32,976 nucleotides of DNA from an uncultured Alphaproteobacteria bacterium (GTDB taxonomy: Bacteria > Pseudomonadota > Alphaproteobacteria > Rickettsiales > UBA6187). Position numbers and translations under genes: made by a program. The stretch lies in assembly GCA_937907045.1 (NCBI GenBank), contig CALCTU010000059.1:1-32976 (forward strand), given 5' to 3'. The notes below the pieces were generated by a model. The model did no database searches, had not been told where the DNA came from, and saw nothing but the letters and a program-made list of their open reading frames with translations. Shown piece by piece: positions 1 through 8,941 of this stretch; within the stretch, counting starts at the first letter, position 1, and each line of letters opens with the position of its first letter.

Positions 1-3000
1 GCGTGATATTCCAGATGCTGCTTTCCAAGATTTTGTCCGAATATATGATTTTTTTACTCAGTCTTACACGCAAGTGACAGCACCTGTGTTGGACTTTATT
101 CGAGAAGCAGTATTATGTTCGTTGCGTCAAGCTATAGGGGCCAATATGCAGGTGGCACCAGAGCTGGCACGCTTTGAATCTGAGTCTCCTATATTGACCC
201 AATCACAGTATGAGCAACGCAAAGCGCTAGATGAGTCTAAGTATACACGTATTGATGTGGATGCTACGATGCCGCTTCCTGGTAAAGAGAAATTTGATCC
301 TGAAGCGTTATTAAGTGCTATTGCTGAGGATGTGTGTGGTAAAGTTAAAGCAGCCAATAAAGAAGGTAAATCTGCCATCATTAATATTAGTGATATTAAG
401 ATGAAGCTTACTACACGCGCAGGTGTTGCTGCTCGTATGATTATTCCAGATGTGTATGTTGTTAGCATGGTTCATAATGCGCTGTGTAAGGCCAAAACAG
501 AAGATGGTAAAAGTTTGCGTCAGCTTAGCTCTATAGTATGCGAGTCACACCAGGTACATGAACCTCACGGCATGGCATTGTTATTAGCTGCCGGTGCTAA
601 TGAAATATGTCCATCTATGGCATATGAATTAGCAGATGCCATGGGGTTGGGTAAAAATAAACAATCATTGGTAGAGGCCTTTGTTAAGGCGGTGAAGAAA
701 AATATGGGTAAGGTAGGTTATACGCACCTGTCTTCGTATATTGGTTCATTAGCTAGTACGTTTTTATCAGAAGGCCTGTATCTAAAAGACGGACCGCATG
801 CCAGAATCTTTGAGGGTTTAGGTTCGGTGTATGGTGGTTTTGATATGAATGTGATATTCTCAAAATTAGTGCATCAACATGAGATGGCAGCAAGCTATTC
901 GGGACCTTCTATTAAAAATAAGGGAGAGAAGGATAGTGCCGCAGGTGGAGAGCAACATGGTTTTGGGTCTGAGTATGTCAGTGCAAGGCATGACATGTTA
1001 CGAAAGGCTAATGGTCCAAGTAAAAGGACATATGTAGAGCAGTTAGCCGAATGCAAAAAAGGTAAAAAGCCAACGGTTGGGATTGATGGACAAGAACTTA
1101 AAGATGGTAAATATTCTAAGGAGTTTATAGATAGTTACCAGTCTGATGCTGCCATATTATTTATGGATCATTGGCGCAATGAAAATACACGCAACCCTAT
1201 CACGCTCAGAGATGCTTCTGATATTAAGTCATTTGGTAAACCGATCCCACTTGAAGAAGTAGAACCGTTATCGTCTATTATAAGGCGTTTTAAAGGTGGT
1301 GCGATGAGTTATGGTTCTATGACCAAAGAAGCACACACCATATTAGGAGAAGCAATGCGTGCGGTTGGAGCACGTGCTAATGCAGGCGAAGGTGGGCCAA
1401 GCGATGCAATAGAAAACCAACAATGGGCGTCTGGAAGATTCCATACTGGTGCCCATGTTTATTATATGATAGGCGAAGGTGGTGAGCTTGAGATTAAAGT
1501 TATTCAAGGTGCCAAGCCAGGTGAAGGAGGAGAATTGCCTCCGCAAAAAGTAACTGAAGAAATTGCAGCAGTTAGAGGAACCTATCCAGGCTTTTGTTTA
1601 AAAACACAAGATGGAAAAGAAATGTGGTATGGTGGTTTGGTTAGTCCACCGCCGCATCATGACATTTATTCTATTGAAGACTTAAAAGAGCTTATTTATG
1701 ATTTGGGAGGTGATGCCATCTTGAATGTTTCAGTTGAGAAGCAAGATGACGCAATCCGAATTAGTGTGAAGTTGGGTTCGCACCCCAGTATTGGCGATAT
1801 TGCTGCTGGAGTATCAAAGCTACTTGCTGAATTAGGTGTTAAAGGTAACATTAGTGTTTCAGGTAAGGAAGGTGGTACAGGTGCATCTCCGTGGTCAAGT
1901 GTGATGCATGCGGGTATGAGCGCTCCTGCGGGTGTTGCTGCGGTGGATAAGTCACTTATGGATAAAGGATTACGTGGAGCTGTGACGGTTACCTCCGGCG
2001 GTGCTATTCGTACACCATGGCATGTACTCTATGACATCATAATGGGAGCAGATTTTCCTGAGATTGGTTCACAGGAGCTTATTGATATGGGCTGTGTAAT
2101 GGCTAAAAAATGCAACAAGGCGGCTCAGTATGACGATATGGGAAATATTGTTAAAGATGGTGGCTGTCCAGTATACCTTACCAACACAGGTGAAAAATTT
2201 CAGGACTCAGGTCAAGCATTAGATGTGCACCGAGGACTAATGAATTTGGCCTACGGCGTAAGAGTGTTAATGAGTCGTTTGGGTATTAAAAATCTAGATG
2301 ATGTTAGAGGAAGGCGAGATTTAATTGAAGTTCATCCAGAGCGTTTTCATGCGCTTGCGGCTATGCGAGATGAAATTATTGAACAGCTAGGAAAAGAAGA
2401 AGGCCAACGTATATTTGATGGCCTGATGAGCAAGTTTGACTTTTCGCATATGGCAGGGGAATCTTCGTTGGTTCATAATCCGGCAGTGAAAATATCAAAT
2501 GAAGCACTAGAAGAAAAAATGGCTGCTAATGTTGCGCGTACCAGGACCAAAAAAGGTAGTGCGTTATGGCCTCAGATTGAAACAGAACTTACTAATTCTG
2601 GTAATAAGAAAGTATGTGTTAGGGTTGAAGATGCCTCTATTGAAGATCATGCTCTTGGTGGTTTTATAGCTCTTCAGCTGGAAAAAAGATTCAAACCCGA
2701 ACTAAATCATGCACAGCGGCAACAGTATACAGTCTTAGCTCAAAAAGATAGCAATGATACGCGTATTGCAGTTCAAGAAGATCATGTGACAATGGTGATT
2801 GGTAGCGACCAACAACCAGCAAGTGTATCACACGCTTTTGGACATAAAAATGTGCATGGCCAGTGCCTTAAATTGATTGGTAGGGCTCATGACTATGTGG
2901 GTGGTAGTATGACAGGTGGTAAATTGGTATTATCACGTCCTCAAGGTTATGAAGATAGTGCCGTAGCTGGTAATACATGTCTTTATGGAGCCAGAGGCGG

Positions 3001-3607
3001 TAAAGCTTTCTTTAAAGGTGATGTTGGTTCACGTGCTGCAGTGCGTAATTCGGGTGCCACAGTTGTGTTTGGTCGTAGTGCGGGCTTTGGTTTAGGCGGA
3101 TATATGACACGCGGCAGTGTATTGGTTTTACAGGGCCACAATATTGGACCATGTGCGTTTAATGGTATGGGAGGTGGCGTCGCGATTGTTAGGGGAGAAC
3201 CCAATGCCATTAATAATAAGCTAGATCATCGTTATGTGAACTTACAAACTAAAGCGGAAGATCGAGAGCCTTATCTTGAAGCCATAAAGTCACTGATTCA
3301 AGAGTACGCATCAGATACAGATGATAAGGTTGCAACACAGATTTTATCAGATTGGGAGCGTGAAAAAGATAGTTTTCAGGTTGTACTTCCTAAGTCGATG
3401 TGTGCGCTTAAAGATGCTCTTAGTCAGCGTGAGAATGTGGGCCTAAATCAGTCTGCAGTGACTGCGTTTAAGAAGTTTGAACGATCCATTAAACAGGCCG
3501 ATAATCCGTTAACAGTATTTGAACAAGTATGGTTTGACCAGGTAAGAGCATTAATGCCAATGCATCATGCTGCTGGAGTTGCTGCTGGTAGTAGTTTAGA
3601 GTTTTAA
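1..3607 (+). CDS. gltB: Glutamate synthase large subunit, highly divergent, 5'-truncated by window edge
   Basis: Frame is open from base 2 (RDIPDAAFQDFVRIYDFFTQSYTQVTAPVLDFIRE, matching GltB 'YFKQLFAQVTNPPIDPIRE'), so the GTG at 74 is internal. FMN-domain motifs AMSYGS, NAGEGG, QWASGRF, QGAKPGEGGELP, SPPPHHDIYSIEDL, SGKEGGTGASP; 3Fe-4S Cys motif GCVMAKKC...CP; C-terminal GXGXG beta-helix (AGNTCLYGARGG, RAAVRNSGA). The amidotransferase domain lies upstream of the window. Confidence 0.9.
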   Translation, partial: RDIPDAAFQDFVRIYDFFTQSYTQVTAPVLDFIREAVLCSLRQAIGANMQVAPELARFESESPILTQSQYEQRKALDESKYTRIDVDATMPLPGKEKFDPEALLSAIAEDVCGKVKAANKEGKSAIINISDIKMKLTTRAGVAARMIIPDVYVVSMVHNALCKAKTEDGKSLRQLSSIVCESHQVHEPHGMALLLAAGANEICPSMAYELADAMGLGKNKQSLVEAFVKAVKKNMGKVGYTHLSSYIGSLASTFLSEGLYLKDGPHARIFEGLGSVYGGFDMNVIFSKLVHQHEMAASYSGPSIKNKGEKDSAAGGEQHGFGSEYVSARHDMLRKANGPSKRTYVEQLAECKKGKKPTVGIDGQELKDGKYSKEFIDSYQSDAAILFMDHWRNENTRNPITLRDASDIKSFGKPIPLEEVEPLSSIIRRFKGGAMSYGSMTKEAHTILGEAMRAVGARANAGEGGPSDAIENQQWASGRFHTGAHVYYMIGEGGELEIKVIQGAKPGEGGELPPQKVTEEIAAVRGTYPGFCLKTQDGKEMWYGGLVSPPPHHDIYSIEDLKELIYDLGGDAILNVSVEKQDDAIRISVKLGSHPSIGDIAAGVSKLLAELGVKGNISVSGKEGGTGASPWSSVMHAGMSAPAGVAAVDKSLMDKGLRGAVTVTSGGAIRTPWHVLYDIIMGADFPEIGSQELIDMGCVMAKKCNKAAQYDDMGNIVKDGGCPVYLTNTGEKFQDSGQALDVHRGLMNLAYGVRVLMSRLGIKNLDDVRGRRDLIEVHPERFHALAAMRDEIIEQLGKEEGQRIFDGLMSKFDFSHMAGESSLVHNPAVKISNEALEEKMAANVARTRTKKGSALWPQIETELTNSGNKKVCVRVEDASIEDHALGGFIALQLEKRFKPELNHAQRQQYTVLAQKDSNDTRIAVQEDHVTMVIGSDQQPASVSHAFGHKNVHGQCLKLIGRAHDYVGGSMTGGKLVLSRPQGYEDSAVAGNTCLYGARGGKAFFKGDVGSRAAVRNSGATVVFGRSAGFGLGGYMTRGSVLVLQGHNIGPCAFNGMGGGVAIVRGEPNAINNKLDHRYVNLQTKAEDREPYLEAIKSLIQEYASDTDDKVATQILSDWEREKDSFQVVLPKSMCALKDALSQRENVGLNQSAVTAFKKFERSIKQADNPLTVFEQVWFDQVRALMPMHHAAGVAAGSSLEF

Positions 3608-3627
3608 TACCAAATAAAGGAAATTCC

Positions 3628-5418
3628 ATGTTAGGTGGACAAAGTGCAAGCGATATTGAAGATTTAGGAGCCCCTAAATATGGAAAACCTGGGACGGCCA
3701 TGTGCGACTGCCAAGCATATTCTTGCCATGGACCAAAAGGCTGCGCTCAGCGTAAAGAAATTCCGAATGATGTTCGTCCATTTGGAGAAGCAATTGCGTT
3801 ATTTGATGCTCTTATAGATAAGCCAGAATCTTTATTGAAATTAGATCCTAAAAATCAATTGCACCAGCCTATTTTAGCTAAACTTCATTTAGCATTTAAG
3901 CATGCTATAAGTAACAGTATGGATATGTTAGAGGGGTTTATTTGTCCTGCTGATTGTGAAGCGGCATGCGTCAAAAATGGTCCAGGAAATGAACAACCCG
4001 TTGAAATTAAAGATACGGAGAAGCATTTATTTTTGGCTGGTATGACCTATGGTTGGTTTGATGAATACGTCGCTGAAGATGTAAGGCGTAAACCTCCTAA
4101 AGATAAAATAAAAAATATTGGCATTGTTGGTGCTGGGCCTGCTGGCATGAATGCTGCCTATTTATTATGGAGGGCTGGCCATAATGTGACGGTGTTAGAT
4201 AAGCAACAACAGATCGGTGGGTTATATTGGCAGATACCCGATGATAAATTACCTAAAGACTATGTTAAATTTTATGACTCGTTATACCGCGCAACTGGTA
4301 TGACTTTTAAGATGGGTGAGAATGTGACACCACAAATACTTGAGACGTACGCTTTTGATGAGGTAGTACTTGCTACTGGGGTCATGGAATCGGCACGCTG
4401 GGTAGAACTTAATGTGTCTGAGGCGCAAGTTGTTCCACAACAAGAGGAGCCCAATGTTACTAAGTATCGAAAGAACCTTCAAGAGGTTGAAGGGGTTAGG
4501 CAGTCCATTGAAGTAATGTGGGCTAAAGACTTTAGCCAATATGCTGGTAAAGATGTGGTTGTTTATGGTGGTGGACTAACTGCTAATGATGACCTTAGAG
4601 AACTTGCTAAAGTGAAACCTAACTCTGTTACTATGTTAGATCGTAATCCAGAAAGTGGTGAGCCAGGACATTGGACAAAACCTCCTGAACGACTAAAAAA
4701 TGACCGTGATTACCGCCAAGAATCAATTAAGATGCTTAAAGACGCCGATGTAAAGGTCAAAGTAATTTACAACTCTCAGGCTAATGAAGTTGTGTTAGGA
4801 GAAGATGGCAAATTACAGGGGGTGATTATAGATCTGACAGCATTTGAACAGCAGGAGCATGAATTATTACCCAAAGCTGAACGCTCTAAACTAAAGAAAC
4901 GTGGTTCATCAGCAGATTCACTTGGTGAAACAATGTCTCATCCACTAACAGGTGAACCACTGGAAGAACACCAGTATTATGTTGCGTGTACGCAGATGTT
5001 GCTAGCATTAGGAAGCCAAAAGAGTACATCAAATGAGTTAGTCAAAGGATTAGAACTTAATATTGATGAAAACACAGGAGCAATAACAGATGTGATTGTT
5101 GGTGCTACAGCAAAGCCACATATTTGGGTGGCAGGTGATTTAGATCCTAATCACCTGATTGGAAGAGACGATAAAACAGAGACAGTGATTGCTGCATCAG
5201 CATCGGGTTCTCAGACAGCTGCTGCCATGCTGCATTGCTTTAAAAAAGAACAGTCTTGGGAAGGTTTTAGAAGTCTTCGTGGTCGCCCAGGGTGTGATAA
5301 TTCTGATCTTATTCCGCAACCAATAGGTGATTTGCTGCAAAAGCTTGATAAGAGTCACTTCCATCTTGCTATTGCTTTTAGTGCAGGGTCACAAGCTGAT
5401 AAGGCTAGAGCAATGTAA
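3628..5418 (+). CDS. gltD: Glutamate synthase small subunit-like FAD/NAD(P)H oxidoreductase with Fe-S domain, divergent
   Basis: 20 bp after gltB with an AAGGA RBS; Cys clusters CDCQAYSCHGPKGC and ICPADCEAAC; FAD motif IVGAGPAG; ATG motif (VLATG); NAD(P) motif YGGGLTA; C-terminal AGD. Confidence 0.82.
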   Translation: MLGGQSASDIEDLGAPKYGKPGTAMCDCQAYSCHGPKGCAQRKEIPNDVRPFGEAIALFDALIDKPESLLKLDPKNQLHQPILAKLHLAFKHAISNSMDMLEGFICPADCEAACVKNGPGNEQPVEIKDTEKHLFLAGMTYGWFDEYVAEDVRRKPPKDKIKNIGIVGAGPAGMNAAYLLWRAGHNVTVLDKQQQIGGLYWQIPDDKLPKDYVKFYDSLYRATGMTFKMGENVTPQILETYAFDEVVLATGVMESARWVELNVSEAQVVPQQEEPNVTKYRKNLQEVEGVRQSIEVMWAKDFSQYAGKDVVVYGGGLTANDDLRELAKVKPNSVTMLDRNPESGEPGHWTKPPERLKNDRDYRQESIKMLKDADVKVKVIYNSQANEVVLGEDGKLQGVIIDLTAFEQQEHELLPKAERSKLKKRGSSADSLGETMSHPLTGEPLEEHQYYVACTQMLLALGSQKSTSNELVKGLELNIDENTGAITDVIVGATAKPHIWVAGDLDPNHLIGRDDKTETVIAASASGSQTAAAMLHCFKKEQSWEGFRSLRGRPGCDNSDLIPQPIGDLLQKLDKSHFHLAIAFSAGSQADKARAM

Positions 5419-5433
5419 GGGAAATATTTTTAC

Positions 5434-5463
5434 TTGCTTAATGCCGGTGTATTGTGCTATAAG
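5434..5463 (+). promoter_or_regulatory. Putative sigma70 promoter of rpmE
   Basis: TTGCTT (5434-5439), 18 bp spacer, TATAAG (5458-5463) preceded by TGC (extended -10). Confidence 0.5.
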
Positions 5464-5505
5464 ACGACCCCTTTGTAGTTTTTAGATTTTAAAAAAGTTA
5501 TTGCC

Positions 5506-5760
5506 ATGAAACCAGAAATTCATCCAGACTATCATGAAATTACCGTTAAAATGACTGACGGTTCTACATTCAAAACACGTTCTACTTATGGCAAAGAAGG
5601 TGATACACTCCAGCTTGATGTTGATCCAAAAACGCATCCTGCATGGACTGGTGGTGGCGTTCTTCTAAACAAGAAAGCAGGTCGTGTGGCTAAATTTAAC
5701 CAGAAATTTGGTAATTTTGGCTTTGGTAGCAGTTCTTCTTCGGATGAAGAAGATAAATAG
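5506..5760 (+). CDS. rpmE: 50S ribosomal protein L31 (Cys-free type)
   Basis: [19 protein letters not shown]...[14 protein letters not shown]...[10 protein letters not shown] is typical alphaproteobacterial L31. Confidence 0.97.
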   Translation: MKPEIHPDYHEITVKMTDGSTFKTRSTYGKEGDTLQLDVDPKTHPAWTGGGVLLNKKAGRVAKFNQKFGNFGFGSSSSSDEEDK

Positions 5761-5919
5761 AGCTGCTAAAGGGGTAGTCTCTCCGCTATTTATTATTTTT
5801 CTTTTTTTATATTATTTCATTCATCCTAGCACGGTTACTAGGCTCAGGATTGTTTTGCCCTGTTTATGACGCGGGTGATAGATAATTACCTGCTATAAGA
5901 ATAGTGGTGAAACTAGAGG

Positions 5920-7833
5920 CTACTCATCACTTGTATCAGTTTGTGTAGCTTCGGGGGTTTGATCTAACGATTCAGTTGAGGTTTCAACGTTAACTTCAGA
6001 TTCTTTATTTGAAGCAGCAGCGGTATTTGGTTTTTTGGCAATACGCTTCTTAAACTCTTTAATGGTTTGTGGGCTTGCTCCTTGAATGCCTTCTATTTTA
6101 GCGCGATATAAAATAGTGTCATTAAATGTAGCACGATGAATATTGGCGCGTCTAAGGGAAGCATTGTGAAGACTAGCTTCATCGAGGTTAGCGCCCTCTA
6201 GGTTGGTATGGTTAAGATTAGCACGCCCTAAATCAGCGCGAAAAAGCTCAGAACTTGCAAGATTTGCTTCCAGGAGGTCTGCTTTGTTAAGATCTGCTCC
6301 GCGTAGATTTGCACGGGTAAGGTTGGCTCCTTTCAAATTGGCTTTTGAAAGAATAGCACGTTCCATTGTTGCGCGCGTAAAATCGGTATTGCTTAAGTTG
6401 GCGTCGCTGAAATCTGCTTCGGTTAACGTGCAGCGTTTGAAAGTGGATTGTGAAAGGTTTGCCCCTGCAAAATTAATATTTCCAAGGTCCATTTGATCAA
6501 AGTTCATGGATGATAGGTTGATATTTTTTGCTGCGGCATTTTCTATTTGCTTAATGGTGGTGAAAGACCCTTGTTCTTCTAAGCTTGCAATGGTGCGGCG
6601 TTTAAGCCCACTTACCTCAATCAAAAGAAGATTTGTCACGTTAGCGCCGGTAAGGTCGGTGTTGCTTAAGTTGGTTTTTTGAATATTGGCGCCCCATAAT
6701 TTGGCATTATTGAGTTTTGCACCAGCTAAGTTTGCCTCACGGATGGCGGCCCGCGTTAAATTAGCACCTGTTAAGTTAACAGACCTTAGGTCGGTGTAAT
6801 ACATTTCAGTATCTTGGAGTGATGCCCGTTGCAGCTGCGCTACGGTTAGTATGGTACGATAAAGATTTGCACCATCAAGTCTGGCTTCTACCAGCGTTGC
6901 TTTTTGTAGGTCGGCTCCGCGTAAATCTGCTCCCACCATAAAGGCGCGTTTAAGGTCGGTTTGGGTAAGGTTTGTTTGCTCTAAAATGGTGCTATCCATA
7001 ATCACACCGTGAAGTATTGCATTGTTAAATTGAGCATTGGTTAAGTTAGCTTTGCTAAAGTTACTTTTAGAGACGTCTGAATCTTTAAAGATTGTTGCAA
7101 TTGCAGTTGCATTTTCGAGTACAGCACCAATAAGCTTGGCTTCAGTAAAGTTGGTTCGGGAGAGAGTTGAGCTGGTTAAATTGGCTTTTGATAAGTTTGA
7201 TCGAGAAAAATTAGCACTTTGTAAGTCCGCACCTTCCATGTAAGCGCGGTAAAAAACTGCTTCAGACGCTTTAGCTCCTTGTAGATCGGAACTATAGAGA
7301 TTAGCACCGTTAAATTTTGAGCGTCTAAGGTCTGCGCCATAAAGTTTAACGCCAAACATATTGGCATCTGAGAAATTGGAGCCGTTAATAATGCTGTTAG
7401 ACAGTACTGCTTCTTTAAGATTAGCCTCGGTAAAATTGGCTCCCTTGATGGAGGATTCTTGAAGGTCTGCATCCGTTAGGTCTGCACCAGTGAAGTTTGC
7501 TTTGTCTAAGGTAGTAGACGACAGGTCTGCCTGAAGCAGGGTGGTGCGGGATAAATTTGCCCCCTTGAGGTTGGCACCATAAAAACTAGCTTCACGAAGA
7601 TTGGCACCACTAAAGTCAACATCCTGAAGGTCCAAACCACTTAAGAATAATTCACTGAAATCTGTACCGAATTTTTCAGTCAGCTTAACTGGGGCTCCAG
7701 ATTTACGTGTTTTTTCTATGTATTGCTCTATCTGGGCAATGGTCGGTTTTGCTAGGGCTTGTGCAGACAATAAGAGGGAAATACATAGGGATAAACTTAC
7801 ATACCAAGTGGCACGGAAGATCAATAGTTGCAT
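5920..7833 (-). CDS. Exported pentapeptide-repeat protein
   Basis: N-terminal hydrophobic signal ending AQALA; about 100 tandem A(D/N)L/Fxx repeats in two blocks; acidic Thr/Ser tail. Confidence 0.92.
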   Translation of the reverse strand: MQLLIFRATWYVSLSLCISLLLSAQALAKPTIAQIEQYIEKTRKSGAPVKLTEKFGTDFSELFLSGLDLQDVDFSGANLREASFYGANLKGANLSRTTLLQADLSSTTLDKANFTGADLTDADLQESSIKGANFTEANLKEAVLSNSIINGSNFSDANMFGVKLYGADLRRSKFNGANLYSSDLQGAKASEAVFYRAYMEGADLQSANFSRSNLSKANLTSSTLSRTNFTEAKLIGAVLENATAIATIFKDSDVSKSNFSKANLTNAQFNNAILHGVIMDSTILEQTNLTQTDLKRAFMVGADLRGADLQKATLVEARLDGANLYRTILTVAQLQRASLQDTEMYYTDLRSVNLTGANLTRAAIREANLAGAKLNNAKLWGANIQKTNLSNTDLTGANVTNLLLIEVSGLKRRTIASLEEQGSFTTIKQIENAAAKNINLSSMNFDQMDLGNINFAGANLSQSTFKRCTLTEADFSDANLSNTDFTRATMERAILSKANLKGANLTRANLRGADLNKADLLEANLASSELFRADLGRANLNHTNLEGANLDEASLHNASLRRANIHRATFNDTILYRAKIEGIQGASPQTIKEFKKRIAKKPNTAAASNKESEVNVETSTESLDQTPEATQTDTSDE

Positions 7834-7855
7834 ATTTCCCCCTAAAAATTACTTG

Positions 7856-8872
7856 TTAGTTTAAGTAGTTTTCTATCAGTTCTTCAGCAATCTGTACAGC
7901 ATTTAACGCAGCACCTTTTCGTAAGTTATCTGACACTACCCACATGTTTAGTCCGTTGGCAACACTTAGATCTTGGCGAAGACGTGAAATAAATACATGA
8001 TCTTCGCGTACACATTCTATAGGTGTTACGTAACCACCATCATTTCGTTCGTCCACAACCACAATGCCAGGAGAGGAGCGTAAAATCTCACGAGCCTCAT
8101 CGTCACTAAGATTGTTCTCAAACTCTATATTAACAGATTCTGCATGCCCAGTAAATACTGGTACGCGGACACAGGTGGCGCATACTTCAATGCTTGGGTC
8201 CAAGATTTTTTTGGTCTCATTAATCATTTTGGCCTCTTCTTTGGTTAGGCCATTATCCAAAAAGACATCAATATGCGGGATAACATTAAAGGCAATTTGT
8301 TTAGTGAATTTGTGTGGAGGAATTTTGTTGGTTTCAAAAATACCTTTAGTTTGCTTGTATAATTCATCCATAGCATCTTTGCCAGACCCAGAAACAGACT
8401 GGTAGGTAGATACCACAACACGTTTGATGACTGCTGCATCGTGCAAAGGTTTAAGTGCCACAAGCATTTGTATGGTTGAGCAATTGGGATTGGCAATAAT
8501 ATTGCGTTTTGTATAATCCGCAATGGCATGAGCATTGACTTCTGGGACAACAAGAGGGATGTCTTCATCCATTCTAAAATGAGAAGTATTGTCAATAACT
8601 ACACAGCCAGCTTCAGCCGCAATGGGTGCATATTGTGCGGACACACTGCCACCAGGGGAAAACAGAGCAATATGAGTTCCGGTAAAGTCGAAATCTTCCA
8701 AAGCTTGTATCGTTAAGGTGTCATGTTCGCCAAAGCTAACCGTTTTGCCTTCAGAGCGTTTTGATGCAAGAGCAACAACTTCGCTAACAGGAAATTCGCG
8801 TTCAGCAAGAATAGAAAGAATTTCGCGGCCAACATTACCGCTAGCGCCAACTACAGCAACTTTGTAAGACAT
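7856..8872 (-). CDS. asd: Aspartate-semialdehyde dehydrogenase
   Basis: VVGASGNVG Rossmann motif, IANPNCSTIQ catalytic Cys, TYQSVSGSG, CVRVPVFTGH, DNLRKGAALNAVQIAE. Confidence 0.98.
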   Translation of the reverse strand: MSYKVAVVGASGNVGREILSILAEREFPVSEVVALASKRSEGKTVSFGEHDTLTIQALEDFDFTGTHIALFSPGGSVSAQYAPIAAEAGCVVIDNTSHFRMDEDIPLVVPEVNAHAIADYTKRNIIANPNCSTIQMLVALKPLHDAAVIKRVVVSTYQSVSGSGKDAMDELYKQTKGIFETNKIPPHKFTKQIAFNVIPHIDVFLDNGLTKEEAKMINETKKILDPSIEVCATCVRVPVFTGHAESVNIEFENNLSDDEAREILRSSPGIVVVDERNDGGYVTPIECVREDHVFISRLRQDLSVANGLNMWVVSDNLRKGAALNAVQIAEELIENYLN

Positions 8873-8910
8873 GATATACCTATGATATTTCTTAAGATTA
8901 AGGGGCTAAC

Positions 8911-8939
8911 CTTATAGTCCTTAGTGCCAAGAAATGCAA
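8911..8939 (-). promoter_or_regulatory. Putative sigma70 promoter of asd
   Basis: Minus strand TTGCAT (8939-8934), 17 bp spacer, TATAAG (8916-8911). Confidence 0.55.
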
Positions 8940-8941
8940 GT

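Noticed and set aside
74-76. GTG at 74 as the start of gltB
   Set aside because: The frame is open to the window edge and GltB-like sequence continues upstream, so the gene is simply truncated.
6070-7670. 15 bp periodicity resembling a repeat array or CRISPR
   Set aside because: Fully explained by pentapeptide coding repeats; there are no identical repeats with unique spacers and no cas genes.
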